Source: Trichomonas gallinae
Taxonomy: Eukaryota
NCBI GenBank assembly: GCA_008369845.1
Contig: MRSU01007088.1
Location: 1-47,178, forward strand
Length of the DNA: 47,178 nt
Reading direction: 5' to 3'
Shown here piece after piece: positions 41,001 through 47,178 of the stretch. The number at the start of each line of letters is the position of its first letter. Within the stretch, counting starts at the first letter, position 1. The notes under the pieces are model-generated. The model had not been told where the DNA came from. It saw only the letters and a program-made list of their open reading frames with translations, and ran no database searches. The position numbers were made by a program, and so were the translations under genes.

Positions 41001-41678
41001 TTAATTCAATTTGCCATTTCTTGAGATATGTCCAATAATACTTACATCATCATCGTCATCATGGTAAGATACAAAGTCGTCATTAGGAGAATAATCATCA
41101 TTCAAAACATTTCCGAATAAATCAAGCTTGTTGATTGCAATACATGGAGGCCATCCAGGGCAGTTTTCGTTCTGGATAAGTCTCACATATCTTGCTGTGT
41201 AAGTTTTATCGAGCTGATAAGTTTTTTCCTTGCATCTACGCATTTCTCTATCTTTATCTACTCTGTGTGCTTCTGTCCATGTTTTGTTATCATCAGAAAC
41301 TTGCAACGACCAGCTGTAAAGGCAGCAATCGACGCAGCCATAGTAATCATCATCGCAGCAGCATTCTTCGTAATAGCAGCATCCAGCACGTAGTAAATAA
41401 CTTGAAAACTGCATTCTATGGTTCTTAAGCGTAAATACAATCCATGGATGTTCATCGTATGATCTTGGACAATTTGAACACCAATCATATGCTTTTGCGA
41501 AAGGATAGATTGCGTATTCTGGCTTTGTCATCTGCCTCGATCCATTAATATATTGTTTCGATGATCCGCTGACTGTAATATTGACCATAGGATCGTTGTA
41601 GTACTTTGCAAATATTCCAATGACATTGTTGTCATCGGATGAAGCCATCCTTGGCATTATAAAAAGGAAAGAAAACAT
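41001..41678 (-). CDS. F5/8 type C (discoidin/galactose-binding-like) domain protein, probably secreted or surface-located
   Basis: Short hydrophobic leader MFSFLFI; DWCS, PWIVF, SWSLQVSDDNKTWT and RYVRLIQ motifs; TCATT Inr at 41682-41686 (-). Confidence 0.85.
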   Translation of the reverse strand: MFSFLFIMPRMASSDDNNVIGIFAKYYNDPMVNITVSGSSKQYINGSRQMTKPEYAIYPFAKAYDWCSNCPRSYDEHPWIVFTLKNHRMQFSSYLLRAGCCYYEECCCDDDYYGCVDCCLYSWSLQVSDDNKTWTEAHRVDKDREMRRCKEKTYQLDKTYTARYVRLIQNENCPGWPPCIAINKLDLFGNVLNDDYSPNDDFVSYHDDDDDVSIIGHISRNGKLN

Positions 41679-42486
41679 TTTAATGATTAACCTTATTTAG
41701 AGAAATCTCGTTGTTCTTTGATTTTAAGCAAAGTTATCTGTATGAAAACACAATGACTTAAAATGAAAGGAAAATAAATATTTTATTAATTATGGACTTT
41801 TTATTAATAAAATTAATAGAGAAAAGGCCATAATAATTCAAATCCATAGGAAACATAACAACAACAAATTGAGATTCATAAATGCCTTCTACTTAGTTAA
41901 TATAGTATGGCAAAGGAAAGTCAAAGCGTAATATCTGATATTCATTTGATTTCTTTCTCCATATTAAATTAAACGATGAAATATGATAGAGGAACATTTT
42001 CTACATATAAAACAGAACACTTTGATTTTTTTGTTTTTCAAAAATAACATTTTTTCAAGGTAAAAAATGTCAATTTGTTATAATCCTTTTATTTTTCTGT
42101 AAATTTTGCAATTTTAAAATCTTTTTCCTCAGCTTAAATTGCAAGATAGTCCTAGACAACAAGCTTGCCTAGTCATCTTTTTGCTGTAATTTCAATCAAA
42201 AAAAGAAATTGGATAAAAAATTTGTATAAAATTTTAGAATTCAAACAAAAGTAGTTGTAAAATGTTTCCAATGTGTAAAGATATTTACACTAATTACTGT
42301 ATTTTGCTTTCTTATCATAAAATATTTTGATTTTTCGAAATAGAATTTTGTAATCGAGGACTTTCTTTTTGCAGAATTTGTATATGCTTCGAAAGAAATG
42401 TAGCTTATTTCGTGAGATGAGATTAATTGATGAAGAAAATAAAATTTTTGACTCTATATGTTTGCACATTAGTATCTTTTAAACAA

Positions 42487-43020
42487 TTATTCAGCATTAT
42501 CTGACTCATCTAAGATGTCACCCAAGTCTATATTTGTAAATACTGATTCTTCTTTGATAACTGGTCTTTCTTTTGGAATGTTTTCTATTGCAAATTGTAT
42601 AGATCTAGCAACAGATTCTTTCGCATCTGTCTCTCTTTCTTGCAATAATTCTAACTCTTTGTCTTTATTTGATTTCATTCTAAGCTCTCTGTTTAAATTT
42701 TTGAGATTTTCCTTTTCTTCTATCTTTTGCTTTAGCTCTTCAATACGCTTTCTGGCTTTGAGGACACCAATTCTTTTACCACCAAGAGTTCTGCAAGAAT
42801 CCTTGAATCTTGGGAGCCTTCTGGATCTTCTTTCACCTTCTCTCTTGATGGCACGTCCGAAGCCTCCTTTTCCGCCCAGCGATAAAATTCGAATTTCTGA
42901 AATTTCGCCTGTCTGGACTATATCATACATGTTCGATGAAATATTGAACTTCTGAAGCAGAAATTGATTGATATTTAATGAGTTGTCGATGGAAAAATGT
43001 TGTCCAAAGATTTTTATCAT
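42487..43020 (-). CDS. SDE2: Sde2-like protein (N-terminal ubiquitin fold, GG|KGG processing site)
   Basis: LGGKGGFG..DSCRTLGGKRI signature followed by a coiled coil. Confidence 0.85.
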   Translation of the reverse strand: MIKIFGQHFSIDNSLNINQFLLQKFNISSNMYDIVQTGEISEIRILSLGGKGGFGRAIKREGERRSRRLPRFKDSCRTLGGKRIGVLKARKRIEELKQKIEEKENLKNLNRELRMKSNKDKELELLQERETDAKESVARSIQFAIENIPKERPVIKEESVFTNIDLGDILDESDNAE

Positions 43021-43060
43021 TAATTAAAATAAAAAGTAACAAATTTACCAAAAGTTATTT

Positions 43061-43097
43061 TTTTGACATGTAAAATGTAAAATGTAGTCGTCACTTT
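43061..43097. promoter_or_regulatory. Compact bidirectional promoter elements
   Basis: TTTTGACATGTAAA at 43061-43074 and GTCACTTT at 43090-43097, which reads as Inr TCACT on + and AAAGTGAC on -, within an 86-bp divergent gap. Confidence 0.55.
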
Positions 43098-43106
43098 TTA
43101 TTATGA

Positions 43107-45629
43107 ATGCACAATATTTGTATTTCGACTCCTACTAAGTTTTCAATCAATCTAGAAGTTCCAATACATTGTCTTGTGCGACATGTAAAAGAAAAATATT
43201 CAATTATGGTTAAAATTCACTCAGATTATTTTCAATTATCTCTAAAACCAGAAACAAACATTCCTATAGATGAAAATCTCGAAATTGTTCAATTGATGAC
43301 TGGAAATTTATATCTTTATTATGAGTTTCCGCTCGATGAAATTTTACAAAAAGAAATTACTCAATTTAATCAACAAATACCTATCGATTTTTATCCAGAA
43401 GTAGATCATAAAGCATTGCGCAATAGAATATTTTATCTTTCCCATTTTACCGATATTCAGACTGCATCTTTGGCTTTATATTTTGCCTCTTGGCGAATTA
43501 TCATTGCAAATGACCTGATAAAACTTAATTTACTTGATAAGTTCATTCATTCCACTGAACAAATACAAGAAATTCTTAATTTAATACCAAATTACGAACA
43601 AATTGTTGAAGATTACGAGAATAATAACGATAAAATGCAAGAACAAGTCCAAATTACTGAAAATTCTAATTCAGATATTCTACGTGATATATCAGACGAT
43701 GAGATTCCATCTCACAAATCACTACACAATGAAACTCCAGTAAATGTTGTTGAAAACATAACTAACCGTCCAAGTTTATCTCAAAACCATCTCGAAATAC
43801 AAAATACCGAAAAAATGATGAAAGAAGAACCAATATATGCGCAAACACAAGCAGGATTCGTGAACAAAATACATACAGAAACTCATGAAACAACAGAAAT
43901 CGAAAAACAAGATAACGACTCGGAATATCAAAATTTACAAAACATTTCGAATGTACATATAGAACAGAACGATATTATACAGCTAAATATAGCAGGAGCA
44001 ACATCTGAAATGCATGAAAATACTGAAAATCAAATTGAAACAGAAATACCAAACATTTTAAACATACACATAGAAAACGTTGATATTACACAACCAATTA
44101 CAGTAGAAAAAACATCAGAAATCAATGAAAATGAAGAAAATTATATAAACTCAAATATAACAGAAATTCTAAACGTTTCAGGCATACCAATGGAACATAT
44201 TGATGTTGTACAACCGCTTACAGCAGAAGAAATAAATGAAAATGAAGAAAATCATATAAACTCAAATATAACAGAAATAACAAACGTTTCAAGTATAAAC
44301 ATAGAACTTGATGATAATGTACAGTCAATTACAGGAGAGGATACGCCTGAAATAACTGAGAATGCAGAACAAAATATTGATTCAAATACACAAGAAATTT
44401 CAAATGCTACAAGCATATTTATAGAATCCAACGATGCTATACAAACAATTACAACAGAAGAAAAGTCCGAAATAAATGAAAATGAAGACAATCATATTAA
44501 CTCAATTGCAGAAGACATTCCAAATGCCACAAGCATTCCAATAGAACAAAGTGATATAGCGCAACCAATTACAACTGAAAATTCAGAAAACCATGAAAAA
44601 TTAAATGAAACCGAAATTAAAAACGTTTTAGACATACCAATAGAACATCATGACATTGTACAACCAAACATATCAGAAGAAACATCCGAAATCAATGAAA
44701 ATACAGAGAATATTGTGGTTCCAGAAGTTTCAAACATTTCAAGCATACCTATAGAATCCCATGATATGATAAAACCATTTCCAGCAACAGAAGAGCCAGA
44801 AATAACTGAAAATGCAGAAAATAATTTTAACTCAAGTAAAACAGAAACTTCAAACGTTTCAAGCATACCAATAGAACAAAATGGCATTGAACAACCAATT
44901 ACAATAGAAGAAGCATATGAAATAAATGAAAATTCAGAAAATCATATAAACTCAACTGAAACAGATATTTCAGACATACCACTGGAACATAATGATATTG
45001 CACAGACAATTGAAGTAGAAGATGAGTCTGAAACAATTGAAAATCCAAATCTTCATATTGAATCAACTGCAGAAGAAATTCCAAACGTTTCAACCACACA
45101 TACGGAATCTGAAGATACTGTTGATCCAGATACAGCCGAAAATTCTCAACATGACGTTGATAATAATTCAGACACTCAAGAATATATGTCACTAGAAGTC
45201 CAGCATAGACAAAAAGACCATGAATACATAAATTTGCATTATTTCAAGAATGCTGACTATGAAATTGAATTCGCAGAAGATTTACCTGATCCAGAGGAAG
45301 ACATATCAGATATAGTTGAATCCAAACCAGAAGAAAGTTCATATACGTCAGATTCAATTGATAAATCGTCAGAAAATCTAAACGATGATGAAAAACCGGG
45401 AGAAGATCAATTAGACGATGATACCGCACACACTGCACACGAGCCTGTAAATATTCCAATTGTCGAAAAAAGTAATTCAGAAACTGATTCAGATGGATTT
45501 TATAAAATTCGGGTTCAATCTACAGTGTTTCAGCCTACTCCACAAAGCACTCAGATTGAAGATAATGCGGAAGATATAGTTATTGCACTTGGCGCTGAGG
45601 AAGAAGAAGATAATAACAATGAGAATTAA
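43107..45629 (+). CDS. Hypothetical acidic low-complexity protein with ~40-aa internal repeats and a folded N-terminal region
   Basis: 840-aa ORF with Inr 16 nt upstream; E/N/I/T-rich repeats. Confidence 0.8.
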   Translation: MHNICISTPTKFSINLEVPIHCLVRHVKEKYSIMVKIHSDYFQLSLKPETNIPIDENLEIVQLMTGNLYLYYEFPLDEILQKEITQFNQQIPIDFYPEVDHKALRNRIFYLSHFTDIQTASLALYFASWRIIIANDLIKLNLLDKFIHSTEQIQEILNLIPNYEQIVEDYENNNDKMQEQVQITENSNSDILRDISDDEIPSHKSLHNETPVNVVENITNRPSLSQNHLEIQNTEKMMKEEPIYAQTQAGFVNKIHTETHETTEIEKQDNDSEYQNLQNISNVHIEQNDIIQLNIAGATSEMHENTENQIETEIPNILNIHIENVDITQPITVEKTSEINENEENYINSNITEILNVSGIPMEHIDVVQPLTAEEINENEENHINSNITEITNVSSINIELDDNVQSITGEDTPEITENAEQNIDSNTQEISNATSIFIESNDAIQTITTEEKSEINENEDNHINSIAEDIPNATSIPIEQSDIAQPITTENSENHEKLNETEIKNVLDIPIEHHDIVQPNISEETSEINENTENIVVPEVSNISSIPIESHDMIKPFPATEEPEITENAENNFNSSKTETSNVSSIPIEQNGIEQPITIEEAYEINENSENHINSTETDISDIPLEHNDIAQTIEVEDESETIENPNLHIESTAEEIPNVSTTHTESEDTVDPDTAENSQHDVDNNSDTQEYMSLEVQHRQKDHEYINLHYFKNADYEIEFAEDLPDPEEDISDIVESKPEESSYTSDSIDKSSENLNDDEKPGEDQLDDDTAHTAHEPVNIPIVEKSNSETDSDGFYKIRVQSTVFQPTPQSTQIEDNAEDIVIALGAEEEEDNNNEN
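43941..45145 (+). repeat. About 11 coding tandem repeats of roughly 34-40 aa
   Basis: Consensus approx. N(V/A)SSIPIE..DI.QPIT.EE.SEINEN.ENHINS..TEI. Confidence 0.9.
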
Positions 45630-46392
45630 CATTTGCTGAATTCCTATCAGAAAAAGAACACATAATCATGATGTCATTTAATAACCATTGATTACATATC
45701 TTATTACGTTAATAATTTTTCCAATTTTTCACAGTTCGAAGTTTTTCAGATGATAAATGATCACATTAGAATGCATGCGTTTCAATTAATATATGCTGAT
45801 CGTTTTACTGATGGAAAATTAAATAATAATATTTGTTTGTTTTAATAAACTCTAAGTTTAAATTACATAGCTTATCCTTTTCTGCATGCTTCCTGGAAAT
45901 TACGGTTCTCGGTGATCCAATAAAAATGATTTTTGTAATTTTGTGTTGAAACGGCTCTATATTCTTTGTATTTCAATCATATATCGAAATTATATCATTT
46001 TATACATAATAATTACGAGTGATTTGCGTTCACTCGATAATCGAAAATCTTGATATGCAAAGGATATTAATTAACACACATATTCCTCATCTCTGGCAAC
46101 ATATAGCCCATATTCGAAATATAACTCTCAATACTTATCTAGATCTCGATATAATAATTGAATCGCTTGCAAAACTGATGTAAAAGGAGTATTTATTCGA
46201 TAAATACAACAATGTACTCTTTTAACAAACATATGCCAATCGACATCTCACGATATATTTTTTGTTCTTTTTCAAAATTTTGTGTAACTAACCGTTTTTT
46301 TCACGAACAAAAACTTTATGGTCTACACGAACAATAAGTCAGCATGTTTCAAGCAATGCGGACTATAATATCTATAAAATAAAAAAATTATA

Positions 46393-46734
46393 TTAAATTA
46401 ACAAGCAACAACCATCCTTCTGTTCTGAGGTGTCGTTGAACAGTTGTGCAACAGGTTCCGGATTTGAGCCAGGTGGACCTATTAATATTTGAAAAGTATA
46501 AGGAGGTTGAATTTCTTTGTTGATTATATTTTCTAAGTGGTTTGAGCCTCTTAACACCCTACCCGAGTATATTAGACGTATTTGAGAAGAAGACTCAGGC
46601 GGATTAGATTTTTTATCTTTCAAAATACTTAAAAGTTTGTGTCGGATTTCCTCCACAGTCCAAGACAGTGGGGCCTCTGGAAGGGAAAGCTTCTCCTCAT
46701 GTCCAGGAAGCATGAATTGAAGGATTGTCGTCAT
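46393..46734 (-). CDS. Membrane-anchored ubiquitin-fold protein (UBL3/MUB-like)
   Basis: Ubiquitin fold (WTVEEIRHKL..IRLIYSGRVL) with C-terminal CCLLI, i.e. a CaaX motif plus adjacent Cys. ATG 46734 is preceded by tandem Inr TCATTTTTCAC. Confidence 0.85.
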   Translation of the reverse strand: MTTILQFMLPGHEEKLSLPEAPLSWTVEEIRHKLLSILKDKKSNPPESSSQIRLIYSGRVLRGSNHLENIINKEIQPPYTFQILIGPPGSNPEPVAQLFNDTSEQKDGCCLLI

Positions 46735-47106
46735 CCAGATCTTGATGTTAGGTGAAAAATGACAAAAATTTTGGATGACGCAGAATGAAAAATCGTTCAC
46801 TTCATTGTATCTTTTCAATTTTTTTTTCTAATAATTTTTCTCTATACTATAATTAATGCATTTTGGAAAAATCTTGCAATTTTTATCTGAATAATTTTCA
46901 CAAAATAATTATAGCAAAAATGGTTAGGAAATAAAAAATATATAATAATTAGCCTTAAAGTTATATTACAGAAAAATTGAATGCATTCTTAAAATCATTT
47001 TTGAATTTCATTCAATTGTTTTTATTTGATAAACAAATTCAAGTATAAATATTATACATAGTTTTTCCAAAAATATAAATGAAAGGGGAGTTTATAAATA
47101 AAAAAG

Positions 47107-47112
47107 AAAAAA
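47107..47112 (-). terminator. RNA polymerase III terminator (T6) directly after the tRNA
   Basis: TTTTTT immediately 3' of the discriminator base on the - strand. Confidence 0.8.
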
Positions 47113-47178
47113 TGGAGGTGAGGGGAATCGAACCCCCGGCCTCATCTATGCTAAAGACGCACTCTACCACTGAGCCAC
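47113..47178 (-). tRNA. tRNA-Ala (AGC), about 6 nt at the 5' end cut off by the window edge
   Basis: - strand reads GTGGCTCAGTGGTAGAGTG CGTCT-TTAGCAT-AGATG AGGCC GGGGG-TTCGATT-CCCCT CACCTCCA; U70 and discriminator A73 fit Ala identity. Confidence 0.95.

Noticed and set aside
46016..46207. Two short hairpins (CGAGTGA/TCACTCG; GTATTTAT/ATAAATAC)
   Set aside because: Stems of 7-8 bp are expected by chance, and there are no ncRNA boxes or Helitron CTRR end.
1..47178. Spliceosomal introns or a reassigned stop codon
   Set aside because: No ACTAACACACAG-type 3' motif was seen on either strand. Recognised proteins are complete and end at TAA as expected, so the standard code fits. Very short atypical introns cannot be excluded.

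Overview
AT-rich, gene-dense eukaryotic DNA with no canonical intron seen. It most resembles a Trichomonas-type parabasalid: TCAYT initiators just before ATGs, AAAGTGAC motifs, stop codons often embedded in TAAA, and typical Myb, F5/8 and ankyrin families. About 19 intact CDSs are present: TBC1D20-like RabGAP, R2R3 Myb, TAP42-like, DBP2/DDX5 helicase, ARM-like, Vps28-like, Nup107-like, Furry/Tao3-like, PIAS/SIZ-like, an orphan, a HECT E3, WDR17-like, a degenerate TBC1D15-like protein, a HAT/TPR protein, a MYCBP2-type RING protein, an F5/8 protein, Sde2-like, an acidic repeat protein and UBL3/MUB-like. A tRNA-Ala(AGC) is cut by the window end. The most unusual non-coding signals are (i) a strand-biased ~47-bp tandem array rich in TTAGGG-like G-tracts in a divergent promoter, (ii) a recurrent TTTACATG(T/A/G)CAAAA element upstream of several genes that also forms a perfect 37-bp palindrome, and (iii) decayed gene relics, including an ankyrin pseudogene. 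Unusual proteins include a Vps28 with a long GYPPQ tail, a RING-Cys-relay-like ligase apparently lacking the relay cysteines, and a probable pseudo-RabGAP. All homology calls are by-eye motif recognition; no searches were run. No prokaryotic-type system, CRISPR array or intact transposon is evident.
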